NCBI GenBank assembly: GCA_046302815.1
Contig: JBKCHO010000145.1
Location: 1,979 to 65,978, forward strand
Direction: 5' to 3'
DNA from: Bacteroidota bacterium
GTDB lineage: Bacteria; Bacteroidota; Bacteroidia; AKYH767-A; OLB10
DNA length: 64,000 nt
The translations under genes were made by a program, and so were the position numbers. Below are positions 38,427 through 47,835 of the stretch, in pieces. The notes under the pieces were generated by a model that saw only the letters and a program-made list of their open reading frames with translations, searched no databases and was not told where the DNA came from. The stretch's first letter is position 1; every line of letters begins with the position of its first letter.

Positions 38427-39846
38427 TGGGTGTTGCAAAATGGAGAAAAAACCCCGATTCTCCCAGTCGATTTATGGAGTATTCTACGCAAAAAACAAGA
38501 TTATAGTAGGTAACATAATCGAATCCGATTCCGTAGCCATACTCTATTCGATTGGACAAAGGGTTTTTGTAGGCAAATTGGCGATCGCGCACATAACCTG
38601 TTTCGAATCCAGCATTCAAATAAAAAGCGTTGGGGATGTTTTTGAACTTGTCGCTTATGGGTAAAGGCAACGAAACCACTTTGGTCTTCATCAAGGTGAA
38701 TTTGATGTTCGATTTAAAAAGTGCGAAATTCTGTCCCGGGATGACATAATACTCGTATCCTCTGACCAAATCACTTCCATAGCCAAATCCACGCTGAATC
38801 CAAAAAGGGTTGTCACTTTGTCCAGACAGTTTCCCTTTCAATGAATATGCATAGTGCCATTTGGGTGCTATTTGCCCGTATTTCCTGTAGTTGGCCGACA
38901 AAAACATCCATTCGGGTTCATTTTCTTGGATTCCCCATCCCGACTTCACAGCTTCTAAATCCAACAGGTATCCGCCCAACGGATAATATTTATAGTCCCT
39001 TAAATCCCTTCGGAAACCCCATGAAACCGCCAATAATTGCTGGTCAGAGCTTGAGTTGAAAAGGTACTCTGGATTAAGCTTGGAGATAATATCATCCAGT
39101 CTTATCTTCCTGTATTCAACACCTAAAAAGGATGTGTTGAAATACCCCTTTCGTCTGCTATACCGCAAACCCGTTGAAAACTCCGTCCTAGCAAAGCCAG
39201 ATCCTGATTGATATAGTTTCAATTTACTGTCATCCACATCATAGCCCACTTCCTTACTTGTGGTATAGGAACCCGAGAAAGATAGGCCCTCTTGCTGATT
39301 TTCATTCAGAAAAGGAATTTGATACGACAAAGCGAACCTTCTTGTATAACCCCATTTGAACTGAAACTTCAGCGTTTCATTCATCCCTCTAAAATTGCTC
39401 CAATTTAAATCCATTCCGTAGTTGAACCTACCGATGTCTCCAGATCTGACCCACTCATTGAAATTTCGGTCAACCAATTCGAGCCTTGGTAGTGGTAAGA
39501 TGTACCAACGCTCGACTACATTGACTAGAACCGTATAACCTTGTGCAGAGTCTAATACGGAGGTAACATCTACAAAATTGAAAATACCAAGGTTCATAAT
39601 GTTTTCCCTTGATCTGGAAAGCAGCTTGCTCCAAATGGCAACATCAATTGAGTCGCCTTGTTTAAACATCAACTCACGCTCGATTACTTTTTGTTTGGTA
39701 ATTTGATTGCCCGCTATTAAAATCCTAGCAACAACGAAAGTAGAATCGTTGCTTGAGGTGGATCCAATACAATTTTTAGGCAGAAATACCCAAAGCGCCA
39801 AAAAAGAAAAACTTAGGAAATAAAGTCTTTTTTTACCTGAAACCAT
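38422..39846 (-). CDS. Omp85 (BamA/TamA-family) protein with a single POTRA domain
   Basis: IAGNQITKQKVIERE POTRA start, NLGIFNFV, VVERWY, NFRGMNETL, VRGYEYY lid motif, GYGIG, aromatic-rich final strand. Confidence 0.85.
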   Translation of the reverse strand: MVSGKKRLYFLSFSFLALWVFLPKNCIGSTSSNDSTFVVARILIAGNQITKQKVIERELMFKQGDSIDVAIWSKLLSRSRENIMNLGIFNFVDVTSVLDSAQGYTVLVNVVERWYILPLPRLELVDRNFNEWVRSGDIGRFNYGMDLNWSNFRGMNETLKFQFKWGYTRRFALSYQIPFLNENQQEGLSFSGSYTTSKEVGYDVDDSKLKLYQSGSGFARTEFSTGLRYSRRKGYFNTSFLGVEYRKIRLDDIISKLNPEYLFNSSSDQQLLAVSWGFRRDLRDYKYYPLGGYLLDLEAVKSGWGIQENEPEWMFLSANYRKYGQIAPKWHYAYSLKGKLSGQSDNPFWIQRGFGYGSDLVRGYEYYVIPGQNFALFKSNIKFTLMKTKVVSLPLPISDKFKNIPNAFYLNAGFETGYVRDRQFAYKNPLSNRIEYGYGIGFDYVTYYNLVFCVEYSINRLGESGFFLHFATPI

Positions 39847-39868
39847 GACCAGTCGGCTTCGGGCAAAA

Positions 39869-40531
39869 TTACATTTTGAGATAATTCATGAAAGCGTCGT
39901 ACCTGGCTTGAAGGTCGGGCTGAAACTCGCTTTGATGGTATGAGGCCTTGACATCGTAATCATGCCTAAAAAAACCAGCCATGATTCGGGTAAGATCTAC
40001 CCGGTCTATTCGGAGCGTTACCTCCAACTTGCCACTTTCAGTGGATGGATTCACGCTTGCGCTCAGGACTTTTGCTCCCTCTGCCTCGACAAGACGAGCC
40101 ATTTCGGATAGCATGTATTTATCCATATCGACATCCAAAACCAAAACACCGCCCGGCTCCTCTAAAGAATTAGAACGAGCAATGGCATTCAGAATATCTG
40201 ATGTGGTTATCAACCCCAAATACCTACCCGGATCATCCAATACGGGTACTACTGAAGTATCATGAGAAGCGGCAAGTCGAACCGCATCGAGTATATGTTG
40301 GTATTCATTGACATAGACCCGAATGAACGGAGTTTGTAAATCCTCTAACAACAAGGAGTCTTTTTCTATCCTGGCCAATTCCTCTTCACGAACCAATCCA
40401 ACATAACCATTGGAGCCAATGACCGGAAGTTGTGTGTGCTTGAAGGCAACCATCCATGCCAATGCCCTACCGACCGTATCGGTGGTTTTGAGCGGTGGAA
40501 CCGTGTCGTTGATCAAATCCCTAACTAGCAT
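39869..40531 (-). CDS. CBS-domain protein with C-terminal ACT-like domain
   Basis: Two CBS repeats (PPLK..DTV, LPVI, VPVLD..GRYLGLIT), GGVLVL...SEMARLVE; ends RYDAFMNYL. Confidence 0.88.
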   Translation of the reverse strand: MLVRDLINDTVPPLKTTDTVGRALAWMVAFKHTQLPVIGSNGYVGLVREEELARIEKDSLLLEDLQTPFIRVYVNEYQHILDAVRLAASHDTSVVPVLDDPGRYLGLITTSDILNAIARSNSLEEPGGVLVLDVDMDKYMLSEMARLVEAEGAKVLSASVNPSTESGKLEVTLRIDRVDLTRIMAGFFRHDYDVKASYHQSEFQPDLQARYDAFMNYLKM

Positions 40532-40638
40532 ACCTTTCTAACGAATGAAATCCAAAAATGGTTGTATGACAACAAACATAATACTTTTGAGGTCGGTTAT
40601 CGTTTTACCACAACAAAGATGCCACAGTTTACACGACC

Positions 40639-41355
40639 ATGACAAGACTTAGTGTCAATATCAACAAAATAGCTACCCTGAGAAATGCGCGCGGCGGGAG
40701 CATACCAGACCTTGTGAATACCGCCAAAGCATGTGAAAGATTTGGCGCTCAAGGCATAACCGTTCATCCCAGACCTGATGAAAGACATATTCGCTACAAA
40801 GATGTACACGATCTCAAAGGTGTTGTAACCACGGAATTCAACATAGAGGGATACCCCTCAGAGGATTTCATGAAACTTGTATTATCGGTGGTTCCAGAGC
40901 AAGTAACCCTGGTTCCAGACCCTCCAAACGCCTTAACTTCAAATGCGGGATGGGATGTTGTCAACCATTTCGAACTTTTGAGAACAAAAATTACGGAGCT
41001 AAAAAATGTCGGTATCCGGGTTTCGATTTTCATAGACACCGACCTTGAAATGATTAGAAGGGCATCCGAAACAGGCACCAACAGGATCGAACTTTATACC
41101 GAGCCCTATGCCAAGGATTACACGATAAACAAGCAGAAAGCTGTCGAGTCATTTGCAAAGGCTGCTGAACTTGCACATGAACTTGGTTTGGGAGTGAACG
41201 CAGGCCACGATTTGAATCTTGAAAATCTAAAATGGTTCGCTACCCATGTACCTCATTTGAGCGAGGTCTCTATTGGGCACGCCCTGATTTGTGATTCAAT
41301 TTGGTACGGACTCGAAAACACCATCCAGATGTATCTGGCAAGACTACAAGCCTGA
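40639..41355 (+). CDS. pdxJ: Pyridoxine 5'-phosphate synthase
   Basis: [51 protein letters not shown]. Confidence 0.97.
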   Translation: MTRLSVNINKIATLRNARGGSIPDLVNTAKACERFGAQGITVHPRPDERHIRYKDVHDLKGVVTTEFNIEGYPSEDFMKLVLSVVPEQVTLVPDPPNALTSNAGWDVVNHFELLRTKITELKNVGIRVSIFIDTDLEMIRRASETGTNRIELYTEPYAKDYTINKQKAVESFAKAAELAHELGLGVNAGHDLNLENLKWFATHVPHLSEVSIGHALICDSIWYGLENTIQMYLARLQA

Positions 41356-41359
41356 ATAA

Positions 41360-41977
41360 TTATTCTATTCTACCGAATGTGTAGCCATCCTTTGCCAGCG
41401 CCTCCATGCATAAGGGTAAAGCATTTGAAATGTTTTTCGAAGCTTTTTTTGAGTCATGAAAAACAACAATGGATCCGGGCTTGACATGATTCAGCACATT
41501 GCTGACACACTTTTCGGGCGAAACCCTGTAGTCATAGTCGTGGCTCATCACATCCCACATAATCACCTTGTACCGTTCTCGTGCTTTGCTAAGTTGTCGT
41601 GGCCTCAATCGTCCGTAAGGAGGCCTAAAAAGGTTGGACTGCACATACAACGAACACATGTCCATATTTTCCATGTAACGGCCAGAAGGAGACTTCCAGC
41701 CATCTAGATGCGAAAATGTGTGGTTGCCCACGGCATGACCTTCGGAGATAACTCTTTCATACAATAATGGGTTGGCAGCAACATTTTCACCAACCATGAA
41801 AAAAGTGGCCTTTGCATTGAATCGTTTTAAGCAATCCAGCACATAAGGGGTGACGACGGGACAGGGCCCGTCGTCGAATGTCAAAAATACCTCTTTGTTA
41901 TTGGTAGTTGAATTCCAAACAACCCCAGGATAGAGAGCCCGAGTCCAGATTGGTGGTTTAACGAAATGAAGTGCCAC
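41360..41977 (-). CDS. Polysaccharide deacetylase (NodB/CE4)
   Basis: LTFDDGP, GNHTFSH, FRPPYG, MWDV, IVVFHD; no signal peptide. Confidence 0.93.
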   Translation of the reverse strand: MALHFVKPPIWTRALYPGVVWNSTTNNKEVFLTFDDGPCPVVTPYVLDCLKRFNAKATFFMVGENVAANPLLYERVISEGHAVGNHTFSHLDGWKSPSGRYMENMDMCSLYVQSNLFRPPYGRLRPRQLSKARERYKVIMWDVMSHDYDYRVSPEKCVSNVLNHVKPGSIVVFHDSKKASKNISNALPLCMEALAKDGYTFGRIE

Positions 41978-41994
41978 GGCTAAACGGCATTCCT

Positions 41995-44900
41995 TTATCT
42001 ATTGATAAAAACGCGACCTTCTGATTCCTCAAAGCGCTTTTTCATGGAAGCTGCTATTTCAGGTCGACCATATCGATTAGCTATGCGCTCCAACTCCCTG
42101 AAAACAGCGAGACACTGGCCCGCGTCATCTTGAACTCCATCGAAATACTTGGTTTTGGCAAGGGATGCGTAGTACTTGAAATCGTTCTCGTAAATAGCTC
42201 CCAATCGGTTCATAATAGAGTCGGCCTTGGCGATTGCTTCTTGTGAACGCTTGTATGGGGAAGCTGGGGTGGCTTCAACAGCAGGCATCAAAATCTTGTT
42301 GGGGTCTTGAGGGTCTTTGATTGCGGCCCTTGCAGGGGTAGATCCAAAGTTTGCTACCGCATAATACATTTCCGCAACACGAATCATCATAATATTGTAG
42401 GGAACGGTTTTGTCGGGCATAACCTCCAAACATTTGTCGAGCGCGGTCATTGCTGAGTCGCGTTTCCCTTCCGCAAGTAGCGCCTCAGCCAATCGACCGA
42501 AGTTGTTGCGAAGGTTCATGGTCATGTTGAGGTTGTTCTGGTCGAGATACACATGGGGGTTGGACATATTGCCCCACTTGAAAAGGTTTACCATCTTGTT
42601 GAACATTTCATTCGAGTTGACCGATCCAATTTGGCCATCGGGATTCCTATCATTCCGAACAGGAACAAGCCTGTATGCCATTCCTTCCAATTGGAAATAA
42701 TCCTCCAGATTCAAGTAGCTGTCTGAACCTACTGTGATAGCGAAGTAAACAGGGCGCTCCCAATTGTTATGAGCCAACAGATCCAATATCATGATATCGG
42801 CCTTCATCAAATAATTTCCATCCACTTCGAATTCGAGATTTTTAACGATTCTCGAGGCCATTTCCTTGGGGACAGTTCCATTGGCTACTACTTTAGCGGA
42901 GTCGACAGGTATCGAAAACTTTTTAGTGGGATAAAAGTTGATCAACTCGCCGCCCTGGGTCATGGCTTTGAACTTAGGGTCATCGGAGCCAATGAGTGTG
43001 ATTACATCCTTAAGGTTGGCGTAACCTTGAATGTTACGATCGTAGAATGGCACATAATCTCTGGTTCCTTGGATGACTTTGTCGTAAGTCAATGAGAATG
43101 GAACCGGATCCGAATCATACGCTTTGTGGTGCATTTGCTCGATGTACCAATCGGTATTTAGCAAGCTTAGGTTCACAACCCGCACATCGGTTCGAACCCC
43201 TTCAACTTCTTGCGCATACCAAAGCGGGAAGGTGTCATTATCGCCATTCGTGAATATGATGGCATTGGGGGAACATGAATTCAAATAGTTGTGAGCAAAA
43301 TCACGGGAAGTGAAACGATGTGAACGATCGTGGTCGTCCCAACCTTCTTTTGCCATTACAAAGGGTACTGCAACCAAGGAAACGGTCAACGCTGTTGACC
43401 CAGCCACAACCGCAGGCAGTTTCTTGGAAATAAAATTGGCAAGTGCCATCACACCCAAGCCTATCCATATAGCGAATGCATAAAAGGAACCTGCGTAAGC
43501 GTAATCCCTTTCACGGGGCTGGTAAGGAGTTTGATTCAGGTAAATCACAATGGCTATACCTGTGAAGAAGAAGAGAAGCATAACCACTGAGCCATCGTAT
43601 TTGCTCTTGTAGAAGTGGAAAAACATTCCTATGAGTCCTAAAATAAGAGGCAGCATATAAAACTTGTTCATAGCCTTGTTGTTTCCAAGGCTTTGTGGAT
43701 AATCATCCATTGGACCAATGCGGCCCTCATCCAAGGCTTTGATGCCACTGATCCAATTCCCTTTGATGGATCCACCATGCCCTTGAATGTCGTTTTGTCG
43801 TCCGGCAAAATTCCAGAGGAAATATCGCCAGAACATATGTCCTAATTGGTAGCTGAAGAAGAAGCCAAGGTTTTCACCCATGGTGGGATTGCGATCGGAT
43901 CGAATGTTCATCCATTCTTTATAAGCGGCCACATGGTTGTCCTGGTTGCTGTGCATCCTTGGGAACAAGGTACTAGCTGTGGGGTCATAAACCGGCTCAA
44001 TCTTGTTACCTGTCTTCTTGTATTTTCCATCCAATTCTGCGTAGGTGGCCGAACCTTCTTTTTGATCCACCATTTTGGCAGAGTAATGCTGGCCATAAAA
44101 AAGAGGCCTGTCGCCATACTGTTCCCTGTTCAAGTAAGAAAGCAAGGCAAAGGCGTTTTCCGGATTGTTCTCATCCATGGGTGGATTGGCCATCGAACGG
44201 ATAACAACTTGTCCGTAGGATGCATATCCAAGCACGATGAAAGCAAAACAAAGAAAAGCGGTATTCAGATTATAATTGCTGGTGCGAATGGAATACCTGA
44301 TTCCCATGTAAATTCCGAAAACCAACAGCGCAACAAAAAATAGAAATCCACTCCAAAAGGGCAAACCAAAGGTGTTAACAAAGAGCAAGTCGAAGTGGGC
44401 ACCAATCTTAACAAAGCCCTGGATAATTCCGTACTGCACAAACCCGAGAATGGCAACTCCTGCCAAAGCCGTTATGATCAAACCCTGTTTAGTGGGTTTG
44501 TAGCGACGGAAATAGTAGATATACGCTAGTGCTGGGATGGTTAGAAGGTTCAATAAGTGAACGCCAATAGACAGACCCATCAGATAAGCGATGAGGACCA
44601 ACCATTTGTCGGAGTGCTTTTCATCAGCATGGTGTTCCCACTTCAGCATTGCCCAGAAAACGATGGCTGTGAACATGGAAGACATCGCATAAACCTCTCC
44701 TTCCACGGCAGAAAACCAGAAAGAATCGGAGAAGGTATAAGCCAAGGCACCAACCAGTCCACTGCCCATAATACCGATATAGTTGGCTGTTGACAATTCG
44801 GCATCGGTAACCTTGATGAGCTTGCGAGCAATGTGGGTAATGGACCAGAACAAAAAGAGAATGGTAATGGCTGAGGATAATGCCGACATGCCGTTCACCA

Positions 44901-45132
44901 TGATGGCCACCTGATTCACATCACCAAAAGAGAACATGGTGAAAATCCTGCCGATAAGCAGGAAAAGAGCTGCCCCCGGAGGGTGACCTACCTGAAGCTT
45001 GTAGGCAGCAGCTATAAATTCTCCACAATCCCAAAAGGATCCGGTCTCCTCAATGGTCATCAAATAGGTGATAGCAGCCACAGCAAAAGCGAGCCATCCC
45101 GTTAAGTTGTTGATTTGGTTGTATTTCTTCAT
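41995..45132 (-). CDS. DUF2723 / GT117 (TMEM260-like) GT-C membrane glycosyltransferase
   Basis: SFWDCGEFI, VGHPPGA, FWFSAVEGEVY, GVHLLNLL, YLNREQYG, PRERDY, FTNGDNDTFPLWY; many TM helices. Confidence 0.92.
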   Translation of the reverse strand: MKKYNQINNLTGWLAFAVAAITYLMTIEETGSFWDCGEFIAAAYKLQVGHPPGAALFLLIGRIFTMFSFGDVNQVAIMVNGMSALSSAITILFLFWSITHIARKLIKVTDAELSTANYIGIMGSGLVGALAYTFSDSFWFSAVEGEVYAMSSMFTAIVFWAMLKWEHHADEKHSDKWLVLIAYLMGLSIGVHLLNLLTIPALAYIYYFRRYKPTKQGLIITALAGVAILGFVQYGIIQGFVKIGAHFDLLFVNTFGLPFWSGFLFFVALLVFGIYMGIRYSIRTSNYNLNTAFLCFAFIVLGYASYGQVVIRSMANPPMDENNPENAFALLSYLNREQYGDRPLFYGQHYSAKMVDQKEGSATYAELDGKYKKTGNKIEPVYDPTASTLFPRMHSNQDNHVAAYKEWMNIRSDRNPTMGENLGFFFSYQLGHMFWRYFLWNFAGRQNDIQGHGGSIKGNWISGIKALDEGRIGPMDDYPQSLGNNKAMNKFYMLPLILGLIGMFFHFYKSKYDGSVVMLLFFFTGIAIVIYLNQTPYQPRERDYAYAGSFYAFAIWIGLGVMALANFISKKLPAVVAGSTALTVSLVAVPFVMAKEGWDDHDRSHRFTSRDFAHNYLNSCSPNAIIFTNGDNDTFPLWYAQEVEGVRTDVRVVNLSLLNTDWYIEQMHHKAYDSDPVPFSLTYDKVIQGTRDYVPFYDRNIQGYANLKDVITLIGSDDPKFKAMTQGGELINFYPTKKFSIPVDSAKVVANGTVPKEMASRIVKNLEFEVDGNYLMKADIMILDLLAHNNWERPVYFAITVGSDSYLNLEDYFQLEGMAYRLVPVRNDRNPDGQIGSVNSNEMFNKMVNLFKWGNMSNPHVYLDQNNLNMTMNLRNNFGRLAEALLAEGKRDSAMTALDKCLEVMPDKTVPYNIMMIRVAEMYYAVANFGSTPARAAIKDPQDPNKILMPAVEATPASPYKRSQEAIAKADSIMNRLGAIYENDFKYYASLAKTKYFDGVQDDAGQCLAVFRELERIANRYGRPEIAASMKKRFEESEGRVFINR

Positions 45133-45277
45133 GATTTAATGGAAGGTATCCAGTGCGAATTTAGGAAATGCACCGCTAGGGTTCAAAGGAAGGTAAAAAT
45201 CAATTCCATAGGGTACTAATGCAATGGCAAACAATACCGTAATCTGCTTGTTTTAAACTAAATTTGCTCATACAGAC

Positions 45278-47251
45278 ATGGAACCGATTTTAAGCTCCCA
45301 ATATCCAGGAAGTCTGACTTCCTACAAAAGAAACCCCACCAAGGAGGTTCGGATCGGAGATATTCCCATGGGTGGAAGCAACCCTATTCGTGTACAATCG
45401 ATGACAACCACCGACACTATGGATACCATGGCTACGGTGGCGCAAAGTATTCGCATGATTGAAGCGGGTTGTGAGTATGTCCGGATTACAGCTCCTAGCA
45501 TTAATGAAGCTAGGAATCTAGAAAACATCAAAAAAGAACTTAGGGCGAGAGGTTTTAACACGCCATTGATTGCCGACATTCATTTTACCCCGAATGCGGC
45601 GGAGATGGCCGCACGAATCGTAGAAAAGGTAAGAGTGAACCCGGGAAATTATGCCGATAAGAAAAAGTTTGAAACGATAGAATACACCGACCAAGCCTAC
45701 ATGGCTGAGTTGGATCGTATAAGGGAGCGATTCACGCCTTTGGTACGCATTTGCAAAGAGTATGGAACGGCGATGCGCATAGGTACCAACCATGGATCTT
45801 TAAGTGACCGAATTCTTAGTAGATACGGTGACACCCCTATTGGGATGGTTGAATCCGCTTTGGAATTCCTCCGCATATGTCGTAACGAGTCGTTCCACAA
45901 CATCGTACTCAGTATGAAGTCAAGCAATCCGCAAGTAATGGTGCAAGCTTACCGGATGCTGGTGATGAAAATGCGGGAGGAAAATATGGATTACCCGTTG
46001 CATCTGGGTGTAACAGAAGCTGGAGAGGGCGAGGATGGAAGAATCAAGTCTGCCGCAGGTATTGGTACTTTGCTTGAAGATGGCATTGGTGACACCATTC
46101 GCGTCTCGCTGACTGAGGATCCTGAATTCGAGATTCCTGTTGCAAAGGCCTTGGTAGATCGCTACAACAACAGAATAGCCAACCCAACGATTGCACCTGC
46201 TCCAATTGAACTGCCATATAATCCACTTCAATATTCCAAACGCGACTGCAATCCATGTTTGAATGTGGGAGGATCCCAAGTGCCTATTGTCGTTTGTGAC
46301 TTGAGCCACCGCAAGGAAATCACAACCGCATCATTATTTCCTGCCGGCTACTCCTACTCTGTTCCGCTCGATAAATGGAATTTGGGTGATCAGGCGTGCG
46401 ATTATATTTATGCCGGTGACAACCATGTTGGTTTCGACATTCCTGGAACATTGGGAATCATTTACAATAACCAGTTGTGGAAACTCCACATGGACGAGCC
46501 TCGTAGCTATCCCCTGTTCTGCGGATGGGAATATCTGGAATCATCAGAAAAATCGCAGCAGCTCAATTTCGTTGCCATTGATGCAACCGTCATTTTTGGG
46601 GATAACGACTTCCTCGAAAAAATCGCAGACGATCCTACTGTAGTCCTCATTTTAGACACCATGAACCCTCACGGCATGGCTGAGCAGCGCCGGGTTTTCA
46701 TGGAACTAATGGTTCGAAAAATAAAGGCACCTGTTGTTATAAAAAGAAACTACTCCACCCAGGAGGAGCAATTATTGCAACTTCATGCTTCAACCGACAT
46801 GGGCGCTTTGCTTTTGGATGGTTTTGGGGATGGCGTTTGGATCAAAGCGCCTGCCGTTGCTGAAAAAACCATCAACACAACGGCTTTCGGCATACTACAG
46901 GCAGCGCGTTGCAGGATTTCTAAAACCGAATATATCAGTTGCCCTTCATGCGGACGCACTTTATTCGACTTACAAGAAACAACCGCCAAGATCCGGTCCA
47001 GAACCGACCACTTGAAAGGGCTGAAGATCGGAATCATGGGTTGTATTGTAAACGGTCCAGGTGAGATGGCGGATGCAGATTACGGCTATGTTGGTGTAGG
47101 TATAGGTAAGATCACTCTTTACAAAGGCAAAGAGGTAGTCAAGCGCAACATAGATTCATCTGTGGCCGTTGATGAGCTCATCGGGCTTATCCGTGAAAAC
47201 GGCGATTGGTTAGAGCCCCAACCCTCAATTAACAAAGATTCATTAAACTAA
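45278..47251 (+). CDS. ispG: HMBPP synthase IspG (long form with inserted domain)
   Basis: QSMTTTDT, IADIHF, RVNPGN, RIGTNHGS, HLGVTEAG, GDTIRVSL, SCPSCGR, MGCIVNGPGE. Confidence 0.98.
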   Translation: MEPILSSQYPGSLTSYKRNPTKEVRIGDIPMGGSNPIRVQSMTTTDTMDTMATVAQSIRMIEAGCEYVRITAPSINEARNLENIKKELRARGFNTPLIADIHFTPNAAEMAARIVEKVRVNPGNYADKKKFETIEYTDQAYMAELDRIRERFTPLVRICKEYGTAMRIGTNHGSLSDRILSRYGDTPIGMVESALEFLRICRNESFHNIVLSMKSSNPQVMVQAYRMLVMKMREENMDYPLHLGVTEAGEGEDGRIKSAAGIGTLLEDGIGDTIRVSLTEDPEFEIPVAKALVDRYNNRIANPTIAPAPIELPYNPLQYSKRDCNPCLNVGGSQVPIVVCDLSHRKEITTASLFPAGYSYSVPLDKWNLGDQACDYIYAGDNHVGFDIPGTLGIIYNNQLWKLHMDEPRSYPLFCGWEYLESSEKSQQLNFVAIDATVIFGDNDFLEKIADDPTVVLILDTMNPHGMAEQRRVFMELMVRKIKAPVVIKRNYSTQEEQLLQLHASTDMGALLLDGFGDGVWIKAPAVAEKTINTTAFGILQAARCRISKTEYISCPSCGRTLFDLQETTAKIRSRTDHLKGLKIGIMGCIVNGPGEMADADYGYVGVGIGKITLYKGKEVVKRNIDSSVAVDELIGLIRENGDWLEPQPSINKDSLN

Positions 47252-47263
47252 AACCACAATAAC

Positions 47264-47758
47264 ATGCTATCAAAAAAAATCCAAGACCTATTGAACCGTC
47301 AGGTTGAACTAGAAGCCTCCTCCTCGCAATACTACCTGGCAATGGCATCCTGGGCCGAAGTGAACGGTTACAACGGCGTTTCCAAATTCCTTTACAAGCA
47401 TTCAGACGAGGAGCGCATGCACATGCTCAAATTGATTCACTTCATCAATGAAAGAGGTGGCCATGGGGTAGTTCCAGCGCTTAAGGCTCCCAATGCCAAA
47501 TTCAAAGGAATCCAGGAAATCTTTGAGATGATACTCAAACACGAGATTCATGTATCGAGTGAAATCAATAAACTCGTAGGCAGTTGCCTTGCCGAAAAAG
47601 ATTACACCACACACAACTTCCTTCAGTGGTATGTGTCTGAGCAAATCGAGGAAGAAGCCTTGGCAAGAAACATTCTGGATAAATTGAACCTGATTGGCAA
47701 CGACAAGGGCGGTATGTACTTATTTGACCGCGATCTGGAGTCCCACTCTGGTCATTGA
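47264..47758 (+). CDS. ftnA: Non-heme ferritin
   Basis: E..SS..YLAMASW, DEERMH, HEIHV, FLQWYVSEQIEEE ferroxidase residues. Confidence 0.95.
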   Translation: MLSKKIQDLLNRQVELEASSSQYYLAMASWAEVNGYNGVSKFLYKHSDEERMHMLKLIHFINERGGHGVVPALKAPNAKFKGIQEIFEMILKHEIHVSSEINKLVGSCLAEKDYTTHNFLQWYVSEQIEEEALARNILDKLNLIGNDKGGMYLFDRDLESHSGH

Positions 47759-47785
47759 TTACTATTCCATAATACAACAAAAACT

Positions 47786-47824
47786 GTTCCGGAGCCGTTA
47801 AACCGTTCTCCGGAACTTTTTTTT
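47786..47824 (+). terminator. Intrinsic terminator after ferritin
   Basis: GTTCCGGAG...CTCCGGAAC stem followed by T8. Confidence 0.85.
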
Positions 47825-47835
47825 AATCGATAAAG

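Noticed and set aside
45278-47251. Unusually long IspG (657 aa)
   Set aside because: The inserted-domain form is already known from Bacteroidota, Chlamydiae and plants.
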